A stretch of DNA of 64,000 nt from an uncultured Clostridia bacterium (GCA_937916395.1 CALFTN010000068.1:6373-70372), one strand, 5' to 3'. Counted from the stretch's first letter, positions 10,716 to 20,291 are shown. The notes: generated by a model from the sequence alone, not told the origin. Numbers and translations are program-made.

Positions 10716-11592
10716 CTTTCTTGGTCTCAACACACTTTCACACCTTCTTTCTCAAGGAAACACTATATATGCATTAGTGAGAAAAGACTCCCCCAAACTT
10801 CCATTATTGCCAGACTCGCCTAATTTAATAACCATCTACGGTGATTTAAATGATATTGATATAATTTATAATTTTGTAAAAAAAGCAAATTACTTTTTAC
10901 ATTTTGGTTGGGATGGCTCTGGGAATTTAGGAAGAGCTGACACAGAGATGCAGAACAAAAATATTGCTTACTCAATTAAAGCCCTTAAGCTTGCTGAAAA
11001 AACCAATTGTTCAAAATTTATTTTTTCAGGGTCGCAAGCAGAATACGGTAAAACAACCGAGCAGATTTTTGAAACGAACAAGTGCTCACCTATATCTGCG
11101 TACGGCAAAGCGAAATTAAAATTTTCTGAATATGCATTTAAATACACACAAAATAAACCAATTGAATTTTTACACTTAAGAATCTTCAGTGTATACGGAT
11201 ATGGTGACCGTGATAATACCTTGGTTGATTTATGTGTTAAAAACTTTGATGCAGATACGCTCACTCAATTAGGTTGTTGTCAACAATACTGGAATTATTT
11301 ATATATTGACGATTTTGTTTTTATAATAACTAAGCTTTTGAATTATCCCACAAAAAGTGGAATTTATAATATTGCCAGCAAAGATACAAGAATCCTTCGT
11401 GATTTTGTAGAAGAAATCTACGACCTTTCAACAAAAAAAGGTAAATATACTTTTTCTGCAAATGAACAAAACCCAGAAGGTTCTCCCATACTACAGCCTA
11501 ATATAGATAAGCTTATTTCTATTATAGGAAATTTTGAATTCAAATTATTTTCAGAAGGAATAAAAGAAATTAAAGAAAAAATGAAAGGATGA
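10684..11592 (+). CDS. NAD(P)-dependent epimerase/reductase (extended SDR; CDP-sugar 4-reductase-like)
   Basis: MTGATSFLG glycine-rich motif and YGKAK (Y-x3-K). Overlaps the upstream gene by 32 nt. Confidence 0.75.
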   Translation: MSTIIMTGATSFLGLNTLSHLLSQGNTIYALVRKDSPKLPLLPDSPNLITIYGDLNDIDIIYNFVKKANYFLHFGWDGSGNLGRADTEMQNKNIAYSIKALKLAEKTNCSKFIFSGSQAEYGKTTEQIFETNKCSPISAYGKAKLKFSEYAFKYTQNKPIEFLHLRIFSVYGYGDRDNTLVDLCVKNFDADTLTQLGCCQQYWNYLYIDDFVFIITKLLNYPTKSGIYNIASKDTRILRDFVEEIYDLSTKKGKYTFSANEQNPEGSPILQPNIDKLISIIGNFEFKLFSEGIKEIKEKMKG

Positions 11593-11595
11593 CTT

Positions 11596-12651
11596 ATGAA
11601 AGCTTATGTTTTAAAAAAACAAAATTGTGTAGGTTGGGAAAATATAGACGAACCCAAATTACTACCTTATGGAGCAATTTTAAAACCAATTGCTGTATCC
11701 CCCTGCACTTCTGATATCCATACAATTTTCGGTAATGGTTCCCCAAAGAAAAAAAATTTAGTGTTAGGGCATGAGTGTATTGCCGAAGTCATTGCTATTG
11801 GTGAATTAGTAAAAGATTTTAAAGTTGGTGACAAAGTTGCAGTTCCTGCAATTACACCTAATTGGCGTGATTTAGCGATTCAAGATTTGAATTTCAGGCA
11901 TGCATCTGCACCGTTTTCAGGCCATCAACTCGGACGCACAATGGACGGTGTTTTCGCTGAACGTTTCGCAATACCAGATGCTGATACAACTCTCTCACAT
12001 ATACCAGATAATATTACTGACGAACAGGCTTTAATGAGTGTTGATGTAATGACAACTGGATTTACAGGTGCAGAAGCAGCAAATATTAAAATAGGAGACA
12101 CCGTATGTGTAATGGGGATAGGGCCGATAGGCTTAATGGCAATTGCTGGAGCAAAGCTGTTAGGTGCCGGCCGAATAATTGCTATTGGTTCCAGACCGAA
12201 CAGAATAAATCTCGCTATGAAATATGGTGCAACCGACATAGTAGATTACAAAAAAGATGTAGTTGGAATAATAAAAGAACTAACCAACAATAGCGGTGTG
12301 GATTCAACAATAATCGCAGGTGGTGATTCTTCTGTTGTTAAACAGGCTTATGATATCACCAAATACGGAATTGGAACTATTTCCAATATTAACTATTTTG
12401 GTAATTGTGAATTTTTGGAAATCCCCACATTTTCAGGAGGAAAAGGCATGTGTGGAAAAACATTGAATATGGAACTAGCCAAAGGTGGCAGAGCAAGAAT
12501 TGAGCGTATGTTAACTATGATACAATATAATCGAGTAGACCCCTCACCACTTGTTACTCACAACTTATTTGGTTTTGATAAAATAGAAAATGCAATAGAT
12601 TTAATGAAAAACAAACCTGACTCTCTCATCAAAGTAATGGTTCATTTTTAA
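11596..12651 (+). CDS. zinc-dependent secondary alcohol dehydrogenase (TbADH/CbADH-like)
   Basis: 351 aa. SPCTSDIH (Cys), LGHE (His/Glu) and VDVMTTGF (Asp) supply the zinc ligands. GIGPIGLM NAD(P) motif. Colinear with the clostridial secondary ADHs as I recall them. Confidence 0.85.
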   Translation: MKAYVLKKQNCVGWENIDEPKLLPYGAILKPIAVSPCTSDIHTIFGNGSPKKKNLVLGHECIAEVIAIGELVKDFKVGDKVAVPAITPNWRDLAIQDLNFRHASAPFSGHQLGRTMDGVFAERFAIPDADTTLSHIPDNITDEQALMSVDVMTTGFTGAEAANIKIGDTVCVMGIGPIGLMAIAGAKLLGAGRIIAIGSRPNRINLAMKYGATDIVDYKKDVVGIIKELTNNSGVDSTIIAGGDSSVVKQAYDITKYGIGTISNINYFGNCEFLEIPTFSGGKGMCGKTLNMELAKGGRARIERMLTMIQYNRVDPSPLVTHNLFGFDKIENAIDLMKNKPDSLIKVMVHF

Positions 12652-12667
12652 TTTAAGGAGTGTTTTT

Positions 12668-13705
12668 ATGTACACACCATTAGTTAGTATAGTCATTCCT
12701 AACTACAATTATGGGAATTATTTAAGAACGTGTTTGGATTCTGTATTAAACCAAACATACACCAATATTGAATGTATTATTCGCGACAATGCCTCAACAG
12801 ACAACTCTTGGGAAATAATTCAGGAATACAAAGAAAAATTTAAAAAGAAGAATATAAGATTCCATACATCCAGAAGCAGAAAGAATCTTGGTAGTGCAAT
12901 TAATACCGAATGTTGTGAAAAAGAATGTAAAGGAGAACTTATCCATTACTTGTGTAGTGATGATTGGATTGAGCCTACATTTATAGAAAAAGCTGTTCAA
13001 ACTTTTTCACTTTCACCAAATATTAGTGCAGTTATAATAAACAGACAAGAAATAACAGAAACTGGTGAAACAATTAGATGTGCGCCTTTTTATAATGAAA
13101 GTTGCATCGTACCCGGTGAAGACCAAGCCTGTGTTTTGATGATGTCAGGCGTATGTGTACTAAGTCAAGTTGTATATAAAAACTCGTGTTTGAAAAAAGT
13201 TAAAATTCACAAAAGAACGTTTAGATATATTCCCGATTGGTATACCCTTTTTCTTATGTCTATGGTAGGTGATATTGCATATCTAACACAACCACTATTC
13301 AACTATAGAGTCCACCAAAATAGCGAAACCACTGCAATAATAAAAAATCTTACCGGTATTTTTGAGGAATATATATTAATAAACAGTTTTGTCGAATTAT
13401 CTACGATTTTTGATAAGCAAAAACCGATTGAAAAATATGACGATTCAATCAAAAAAATAGGTGATATTTCGTTAAGATTTACACTTACATGCATAAAAAA
13501 CCAAGATTTTGAACTAGCAAAAAAATATCTTTTGCTATCACTTATCTTCGATTCAAACCTAGAAGCAACTGATAGGTTTTCAATTTTAAAAAAGGCAATA
13601 GAAACAAAAACAACATCTATAGACGCTCCAAATATTATAGAAAAGCGAACTATTTCTTATTCCCCACCAGAAAATTACATAAGCATAGATAATTTAATTA
13701 ATTAA
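12668..13705 (+). CDS. family-2 glycosyltransferase
   Basis: VSIVIPNYNYGNYL..IIRDNASTD GT2 N-terminal signature. Confidence 0.8.
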   Translation: MYTPLVSIVIPNYNYGNYLRTCLDSVLNQTYTNIECIIRDNASTDNSWEIIQEYKEKFKKKNIRFHTSRSRKNLGSAINTECCEKECKGELIHYLCSDDWIEPTFIEKAVQTFSLSPNISAVIINRQEITETGETIRCAPFYNESCIVPGEDQACVLMMSGVCVLSQVVYKNSCLKKVKIHKRTFRYIPDWYTLFLMSMVGDIAYLTQPLFNYRVHQNSETTAIIKNLTGIFEEYILINSFVELSTIFDKQKPIEKYDDSIKKIGDISLRFTLTCIKNQDFELAKKYLLLSLIFDSNLEATDRFSILKKAIETKTTSIDAPNIIEKRTISYSPPENYISIDNLIN

Positions 13706-13712
13706 TCATAAT

Positions 13713-13746
13713 AAAAACTGGTATTGCATTCACAATACCAGTTTTT
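13713..13746. terminator. bidirectional intrinsic terminator between the convergent glycan operons
   Basis: Hairpin AAAAACTGGTATTG-cattca-CAATACCAGTTTTT with an A-run and a T-run on either side. Confidence 0.75.
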
Positions 13747-13747
13747 A

Positions 13748-15082
13748 TTATTTTATTGCTATTTTAATAACTTTAGCCATATCTCTAAGCATTTCTTCCG
13801 TCATACCTGGGTAAACACCTACCCAGAAAGTATTATTCATAATTTTGTCTGTGTTTTCTAAATCACCAACAACACGGTAACCTTCACCCGTTTTTCTCAT
13901 TTCATCAAAACAAGGGTGCTTGGTAAGATTACCTGCAAAAAGCATTCGCGTCTGAACACCTTTGCTCTCGATATATTGAACAACCTTATTTCTGTCAATA
14001 CCATTCTTGCAGGTTATAAGAAATCCAAACCAACTTGGGTCGGCATTTTCACAAGCAACTGGAAGAATTATTTTTTCTTCTAGGTCTTTTAAAAGTTCTT
14101 TTAAAAGCTTAAAATTCTTTTTACGTTTCTCTACAAATTCTTCAAGTTTATCTAATTGTGCACAACCAATTGACGCTTGTAAATCTGTCGCCTTTAAGTT
14201 ATAACCAAAATGAGAGTAAACGTATTTATGGTCATAGCCTAATGGAAGTTCACCATATTGCTTATCAAACCTGTGACCACATAAATTGTCACATCCAGAA
14301 GTACAAACGCAATCACGCCCCCAATCTCTGAAAGAAAGGATTGCTTTTGCGAGCATTGAATTATTTGTATAAACTGCGCCACCCTCACCCATTGTCATAT
14401 GGTGTGGTGGGTAAAAACTAGAAGTACCAATATCGCCCCAAGTTCCAGTAAACCTTGTTTCACCATCTATTGTGTATTTAGAACCTAAAGAGTCACAGTT
14501 ATCTTCAACAAGCCATAAATTGTTTTTGTCACAAAATTCTTTAACTGCCTTTATATTAAATGGATTACCTAATGTATGGGCGAGCATTACAGCCTTTGTT
14601 TTTTCTGTTAAAGCTTCTTCAAGCGCAGAAACATCAATATTATACTGTGGTATTGTTACATCAACAAAAACAGGAATTGCCCCAAACTGAATAATAGGAG
14701 TAACCGTTGTAGGAAAACCTGCCGCAACAGTTATAACCTCATCACCACGTTTTATAGCTCTTTCACCTAACAAATCTGAAGTAAGTGCCATAAACGCAAG
14801 GAGATTTGCACTCGAACCGGAATTCACCAAAAAACTATATTTTACTCCTAAATACTTTGCGAATCTTTTTTCAAATTCTGCAGTATATCTACCTGATGTA
14901 AGCCAGAATTCCAAAGCACTATCCACCAGATTAACCATTTCTGCTTCATTATAAACTCTTGCAGCATAAGGAATTCTATCGCCTTCAGAATATTCTTTTT
15001 TTATATGAAATTCTTTATAATATTCAGCAACTAAACTGAGTATTTGTTGTTTTGCTTCAGCTTCAGTCATATTCTTAAACAT
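13748..15082 (-). CDS. rfbH: CDP-6-deoxy-D-xylo-4-hexulose-3-dehydrase (E1, RfbH/DdhC type)
   Basis: DegT-fold protein with His in place of the PLP lysine (FYPPHHMTMGEGG) and Cys cluster CVCTSGCDNLC as in E1. Start taken at ATG 15082 after AAGGA. Confidence 0.9.
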   Translation of the reverse strand: MFKNMTEAEAKQQILSLVAEYYKEFHIKKEYSEGDRIPYAARVYNEAEMVNLVDSALEFWLTSGRYTAEFEKRFAKYLGVKYSFLVNSGSSANLLAFMALTSDLLGERAIKRGDEVITVAAGFPTTVTPIIQFGAIPVFVDVTIPQYNIDVSALEEALTEKTKAVMLAHTLGNPFNIKAVKEFCDKNNLWLVEDNCDSLGSKYTIDGETRFTGTWGDIGTSSFYPPHHMTMGEGGAVYTNNSMLAKAILSFRDWGRDCVCTSGCDNLCGHRFDKQYGELPLGYDHKYVYSHFGYNLKATDLQASIGCAQLDKLEEFVEKRKKNFKLLKELLKDLEEKIILPVACENADPSWFGFLITCKNGIDRNKVVQYIESKGVQTRMLFAGNLTKHPCFDEMRKTGEGYRVVGDLENTDKIMNNTFWVGVYPGMTEEMLRDMAKVIKIAIK

Positions 15083-16145
15083 TTTGCTGTCCTTCCGCAT
15101 ATCTTTCTATTTGTTTCTTCATTACATCATTCATATTTTCATTGTTTAAATACGCCTTTGACCATTCAACCGTATAATCAATTGCTTCGTGAACATTAAG
15201 GCGTGGTTGCCAATTAAATTTACTTTTAATAAGCGAACAATCTAATTTTAAAAAATTGGCTTCGTGTGGGGCATTCTTCTCACTCAAATTTTTCCAAGTA
15301 CAACCATCACCCCAGGCATCACAAAAAGATTGAACTAAAACACCTGTTGTAACACAATCTTTATCGTCAGGTCCCACATTGTAACATCCAGCATATTTTA
15401 TATCATCATACTGCTTCATAGCAATCATTAGGTATGCAAAAAGTGGTTCTAAAACGTGTTGGTAAGGTCTTATAGAGTGTGGATTTCTTACATTTATAGG
15501 TTCATTTTTTTCTGCAGCACGTACACAATCTGGTATTATTCTGTCTACTGCAAAATCGCCACCACCAATAACATTACCTGCTCGTGCGGTTGAAATCGCA
15601 ACTTTTCCATCCTGGAAAAAGCTATTTTTATAACTAGAAGTTACAAGTTCAGAGCAAGATTTACTGTTTGAATATGGGTCAAATCCATTAAGCTCGTCGC
15701 TTTCTCTATAGCCGTAAACCCACTCGTTATTTTTATAAACCTTGTCCGTTGTTACATTGAGAACAGATTTTACACTTTGAGAGTTACGAACACATTCTAA
15801 AACATTAACCGTACCCATAACATTTGTCTCGTATGTAAAAACTGGATTTTTATAACTTTCTCTGACAATAGGTTGAGCAGCTAAATGAAATACTATTTCT
15901 GGTTTAAATTCAGAAAAAACTTCATTTAAATGGTCATAATCACGAATATCACCTATTGTAGATTTAACTTCATCAGCAACATTGGCTATTTCAAACAAAC
16001 TAGGTTTTGTTGGTGGTTCAAGTGAATATCCTGCAACCTCTGCCCCTGCAAGTGTCAGGATTTTACAAAGCCAAGAGCCTTTAAAGCCAGTGTGCCCGGT
16101 AACCAAAACTCTTTTGCCGTTATAAAATGCAAAACAATTATTCAT
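15075..16145 (-). CDS. rfbG: CDP-glucose 4,6-dehydratase
   Basis: VTGHTGFKGSWL motif, Y-x3-K, length and position between rfbF and rfbH. ATG 16145 overlaps the rfbF stop. Confidence 0.9.
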   Translation of the reverse strand: MNNCFAFYNGKRVLVTGHTGFKGSWLCKILTLAGAEVAGYSLEPPTKPSLFEIANVADEVKSTIGDIRDYDHLNEVFSEFKPEIVFHLAAQPIVRESYKNPVFTYETNVMGTVNVLECVRNSQSVKSVLNVTTDKVYKNNEWVYGYRESDELNGFDPYSNSKSCSELVTSSYKNSFFQDGKVAISTARAGNVIGGGDFAVDRIIPDCVRAAEKNEPINVRNPHSIRPYQHVLEPLFAYLMIAMKQYDDIKYAGCYNVGPDDKDCVTTGVLVQSFCDAWGDGCTWKNLSEKNAPHEANFLKLDCSLIKSKFNWQPRLNVHEAIDYTVEWSKAYLNNENMNDVMKKQIERYAEGQQNV

Positions 16146-16923
16146 ATTCCCACACCATCCATGGAGCTTCTTTTTTACTGATAAGACCTTCAAGGTATAT
16201 TTTATCTCTTAATGTATCCATACACTGCCAGAAGCCATCGTGCTTGAAAGCACCAAGATTCCCTTCTTTAGCAAGTGTTTCAAGTGGTTTTCTTTCAAAA
16301 ATCAAACCTTCACTATCATCAAGATAATTGAAAATTTCAGGTTCTATTACCATAAAACCACCATTAATCCAACCACCATCTTCTTTACCTTTTTCAGTGA
16401 ATTGGTTTATTGTATCGGTATCATCAATATCAAGTACACCATATTTACCGCCTGGTTGAATCGCTGTAAGTGTAACGATTTTTCCACTTTTCTTATGAAA
16501 ATCCACAAGAGCATTTATATCGACATTTGAAACGCCGTCACCATAAGTAAGCATAAATGGTTCGTCACCTATATACTTCTGAACACGCTTAATTCTTGCA
16601 CCAGTCTGTGCATTTAAACCTGTATCTACAACAGTTACTTTCCACGGCTCTGCAACGTTATTGTGAATTATCATTTTGTTTTCGTCAGAAAAATCAAAAG
16701 TAATGTCTGAACGATGTAAATAATAGTCAGCAAAATATTCCTTAATTACATAACCTTTGTAACCACAGCAAATTATAAAATCATTAAACCCAAACGAAGA
16801 ATAATATTTCATAATATGCCATAAAATTGGATTATCTCCAATGCCAATCATAGGCTTTGGTTTCAAGTGACTTTCTTCACTTATTCTTGTACCAAATCCA
16901 CCAGCTAAAATTACAACTTTCAT
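16138..16923 (-). CDS. rfbF: glucose-1-phosphate cytidylyltransferase
   Basis: MKVVILAGGFGTR..KPKPM nucleotidyltransferase signature, ~260 aa. Confidence 0.9.
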   Translation of the reverse strand: MKVVILAGGFGTRISEESHLKPKPMIGIGDNPILWHIMKYYSSFGFNDFIICCGYKGYVIKEYFADYYLHRSDITFDFSDENKMIIHNNVAEPWKVTVVDTGLNAQTGARIKRVQKYIGDEPFMLTYGDGVSNVDINALVDFHKKSGKIVTLTAIQPGGKYGVLDIDDTDTINQFTEKGKEDGGWINGGFMVIEPEIFNYLDDSEGLIFERKPLETLAKEGNLGAFKHDGFWQCMDTLRDKIYLEGLISKKEAPWMVWEYE

Positions 16924-17126
16924 AATATCACCTCTAATTAATTTATTTTACCAAAACCACAATCAAAAGTCAATTCATTTTAGTATAAAATAAACAAAAA
17001 ATTAATAAATACCACTTCAAAAAACAATCATTTTTTATAAAACCATATAAAAATTTACAATCTTGCTTTATACTATATATTATTCTATAAATTCCCAAAA
17101 ACTAAAGCAAAAAGGGGCTGTAAAAA

Positions 17127-17340
17127 AGCGCAGACCGCATAAAACTATATAGAACAAGGGGTTCCTACAGGGCAGATAGCTGTAAGAACCCCTATTAATT
17201 ATCAAAAAACTAAAATTGCAAAAAATTTTTCGTTTTATGCTACGAACAAATCTCACCACTCGACGTACCTATGTACGCCTTCGGGCAAGCAAAAACAAGA
17301 TTGAAGCCTTGTTTTTGTTCGATTTGTCCATTCTGCATCT
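17127..17340 (-). repeat. structured palindromic intergenic element, copy 3 (inverted orientation, carries extra hairpins)
   Basis: The reverse complement carries AGATGCAGAA..CCCGAAGGCGTACATAGGTACGTCGAGTGG..GGTCTGCGCT, matching the copies at 60.2 and 62.2 kb. Confidence 0.6.
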
Positions 17341-17360
17341 TTTTTCTATCCCCTGAAAAT

Positions 17361-17393
17361 GAGCTGTAAAAAACTTAGCGTTTTTTACAGCTC
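17361..17393 (-). terminator. intrinsic terminator after the 17408-18022 gene
   Basis: Hairpin GAGCTGTAAAAAA-cttagcg-TTTTTTACAGCTC. Confidence 0.65.
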
Positions 17394-17407
17394 GTTTAAA
17401 ATACATT

Positions 17408-18022
17408 TTACTGTGCAAATTCTTTTTTGTCGCCGATGTCTAAAACGGTGATTTTTGCATCTTTAATGCAAGAAAGACCATTGTTTGAAGAAACTATTCC
17501 AACAACATCTACCCAAGCGCCATTTTCAGGGACTTCGCCCTCAAAAATAACCTCAGTTGAAACCTTGTTTTCGCCACCCTCGACGTCAATATATTTGCGG
17601 TAAATGAGATACTGCTCTTTGTTACCCATAGGAACAATTTCAAAAACGCCCTGAATGTGAATTGTGTTACCCTCAAAGCACGCATAATCCGCTTTATCGT
17701 GCTCATCCTCATGCTGATGGTAAGAATGGAAAATTTCTATAGACCAATCAATAAAAGTTTCATCAGTAACCTCAATGTCAATCACGCTTTTGTCACTATC
17801 AGTAACTAAGGCTGCTTGTTTTGCTGCTTCTACTTCGGCTTTGAATCTTTCTGGGTAGCTCTGAGTTTTAGCCCAAGAATACACCAAAAACGACACAAGA
17901 CCAATTACAAATACAAGAAGAATACAACCATTTATTATAGTAACCTTCTTTTTGAAAGCAGCATCTGCTATATCTGATTTTTTAATTTCTTTTTGCGGCT
18001 TTTTAGCTTTGTTTTTTGCCAT
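17408..18022 (-). CDS. membrane-anchored hypothetical protein with a His/acid-rich patch
   Basis: Basic N-terminus, one TM (ILLVFVIGLVSFLVY) and HSYHQHEDEHDK. Last gene of the GH4 operon. Confidence 0.6.
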   Translation of the reverse strand: MAKNKAKKPQKEIKKSDIADAAFKKKVTIINGCILLVFVIGLVSFLVYSWAKTQSYPERFKAEVEAAKQAALVTDSDKSVIDIEVTDETFIDWSIEIFHSYHQHEDEHDKADYACFEGNTIHIQGVFEIVPMGNKEQYLIYRKYIDVEGGENKVSTEVIFEGEVPENGAWVDVVGIVSSNNGLSCIKDAKITVLDIGDKKEFAQ

Positions 18023-18044
18023 AATAATCTCCAGTTAACAATAA

Positions 18045-19328
18045 TTAATCTTTAAAGAACTGTGGAAGATATGCTTTGTGAGCTGCTTTCATTTCTTCAT
18101 AGCAAGCTTTTGCCTGAGCAAAGTCGCCACAAAGTGGGTGAAGCATAAGTGCATTAAGAGCATCCTCGTCAGAGCCCTTCATAGCAGCATCTACAGTATA
18201 TTTTTCATAAGACTTAACTGTTCTCATAAGGCTTATAATGTGACGGTTGTTGAATTCTTCAATTTCTACTGGTTTTGCACCATCTGCACCGATAACTGCT
18301 GCAATTTCAACAATATCGTCATCATCCATAAATTTAAGAGTACCATTATTTTTAATGTTAACAACGTGAACCTCTTGTTTATCATTTGCAATAGCATCAA
18401 TAAGAGAAACTGCTGCAAGTGAATATTTATATCCACCACGTTCTTCAAGAAGAGCTGGTTTAATAACGAGCTCGTTATCGCTGTAAAGTTCAAGAAGCTG
18501 TTCTTCAATTTCCATACAAACCTGTGCTCTGCTCTTTGAGCCAGCTTTTAAGTGCTGTAATTTTGCCTGACGGCTGTAGTAATATTGAAGATATGATGAT
18601 GGGAAGCCTTTGCAAGCATTAAGACATTCCATATCAAAGCCATCGTCGTGAATGTTTTTCATAACTGTTGGTGCAAAATCATCATCAAAAATTTTGTCGA
18701 TATTTTCAACGCCATTAACCTTAACTGAAGTAATCCAGCTTAAGTGGTTAAGACCTAAATATGTAATTTTTGCATCCTCACCAACTGCAGCTTTAACGTC
18801 ATCAATCATAGCAATAGGCACGTTGCAAAGACCCATTGTTTTAACGTTTGTGTGGTTAATAAGGAATTCAGAAATAATACCTGATGGGTTTGTGAAGTTG
18901 ATAAGCCATGCATTTGGGCAAATAGCTTCAATTCTTTCAGCAATATGAGCCATTACAGGAATTGTTCTGAGAGCTTTGAAGAAGCCACCAATACCAGTTG
19001 TTTCCTGACCGATAAGGTCGTGCTTTAACGGAATTGACTCGTCAATATGACGGCAAGGGAGCTTACCAACACGGATTTGTGTAACAACGAAATCTGCACC
19101 CTGTAATGCTAAATCGAGGTCATCTGTCATTACAACTTCGCAATCGATACCAGCACTCTTGAGCATACGAACACAAAGAGAACCAACAATTTCGCGTTTT
19201 CTTTCATCAATATCCATAAAAGCAACTCTTTTAAGCTTTAAAGAATCCTTTGCTTCTATAAATCCGTAAATGAGTTCAGGGCAATATGTACTACCTGAAC
19301 CGATAACTGTAACATTAATTTCTTTCAT
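18045..19328 (-). CDS. family-4 glycoside hydrolase (6-phospho-glucosidase-like, NAD/Mn dependent)
   Basis: N-terminal VIGSGSTYCPEL Rossmann-like motif, CNVPI and GLNHLSW motifs of GH4. Confidence 0.85.
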   Translation of the reverse strand: MKEINVTVIGSGSTYCPELIYGFIEAKDSLKLKRVAFMDIDERKREIVGSLCVRMLKSAGIDCEVVMTDDLDLALQGADFVVTQIRVGKLPCRHIDESIPLKHDLIGQETTGIGGFFKALRTIPVMAHIAERIEAICPNAWLINFTNPSGIISEFLINHTNVKTMGLCNVPIAMIDDVKAAVGEDAKITYLGLNHLSWITSVKVNGVENIDKIFDDDFAPTVMKNIHDDGFDMECLNACKGFPSSYLQYYYSRQAKLQHLKAGSKSRAQVCMEIEEQLLELYSDNELVIKPALLEERGGYKYSLAAVSLIDAIANDKQEVHVVNIKNNGTLKFMDDDDIVEIAAVIGADGAKPVEIEEFNNRHIISLMRTVKSYEKYTVDAAMKGSDEDALNALMLHPLCGDFAQAKACYEEMKAAHKAYLPQFFKD

Positions 19329-19355
19329 TTATATCAGTCCTTTTAAAGAATTTTA

Positions 19356-20291
19356 TTAGTCTTCTAATAACCAATTAATGCAACCTGTTACAGGTGCCGC
19401 TGTGAGCTTAATGAAGTTGAACTTCTTATTTGTATTCTGGTGTAAAAGCTCGCTCATTCTGTTAATGTAGATATCAGATGGGAGCTTTGTGTGCATTGAA
19501 CCTGAAAGAACAACGTTTATTGTTTCTTCATCGAATTGCATCTTTTTAATATGACCACCAATGAAATCTGCACCACGCTGAGCCATTTCTTCAATAACCT
19601 CTAAAGCTGCTTCGTCGCCATTATTTGCAGCATCAAAGAAGCTGACAATAAGTGTGCGGATAAATGCTTCACTCTTTTCTTCATCTTCAATAATCTGAAT
19701 TGAGTCGAGTAAAGTAGCTCTGTCTTTAATACCAAGCTTTTCTGTAAGAGAAACTGTAATTTTACTTTCTCTTTTGCCTAAGCAAACATCATCATAAACA
19801 ATTCTGAAAGCTTCGTAAGCAACCCAGTGACCGTTACCTTTATCACCTGAAAGGCGGTCAAAACCACCAATCTGGAGCATTTCGCCACGGCTATCTATTG
19901 AATTACAGCAAGTACCAGTACCACAGTTGTAGCCGATACCAGCACCAGCTTTACCACCAGCTTTAATAACAATAAAGCCATCGTTATAAATTCTGAAATT
20001 CTTAAGACCACGTTTAGTTAATTCTTCGCACATAGCGTCATGCTGATATGGGTGGTCAATACCTGCAAGACCCATAAGCATACCAGTAATATCATCACGT
20101 GACTTGCCTGTTTTCTCAAGAAGTGCATCTACACCTGCAGTAATAATATCTGCAGCCTGTGGAAAGCTACCCTCCATATTTTCGTGGTTAGAAGCAGGGC
20201 CCTCGTGGAGCTCTAACATATTTTTGTTTTCATCAAAAAGTGCAAATGCGGTTTTTGTTCCGCCACCATCAACACCAATATAAAATTTCAT
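19356..20291 (-). CDS. BadF/BadG/BcrA/BcrD-type ATPase (N-acetylglucosamine kinase-like)
   Basis: IGVDGGGTKT phosphate-1 motif of the ASKHA-fold sugar kinases. Confidence 0.75.
   Translation of the reverse strand: MKFYIGVDGGGTKTAFALFDENKNMLELHEGPASNHENMEGSFPQAADIITAGVDALLEKTGKSRDDITGMLMGLAGIDHPYQHDAMCEELTKRGLKNFRIYNDGFIVIKAGGKAGAGIGYNCGTGTCCNSIDSRGEMLQIGGFDRLSGDKGNGHWVAYEAFRIVYDDVCLGKRESKITVSLTEKLGIKDRATLLDSIQIIEDEEKSEAFIRTLIVSFFDAANNGDEAALEVIEEMAQRGADFIGGHIKKMQFDEETINVVLSGSMHTKLPSDIYINRMSELLHQNTNKKFNFIKLTAAPVTGCINWLLED

Noticed and set aside
16924-17407. A tRNA, riboswitch or small RNA gene of a known class in the 484-nt gap upstream of rfbF. The same question was asked for the gaps at 44.7, 49.7, 52.4 and 60.6-60.9 kb.
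   Set aside because: I could not fold a cloverleaf or recognise any riboswitch consensus by eye. The only organised structures are terminator hairpins and the repeat element reported separately. A cmscan would be needed to exclude known families.
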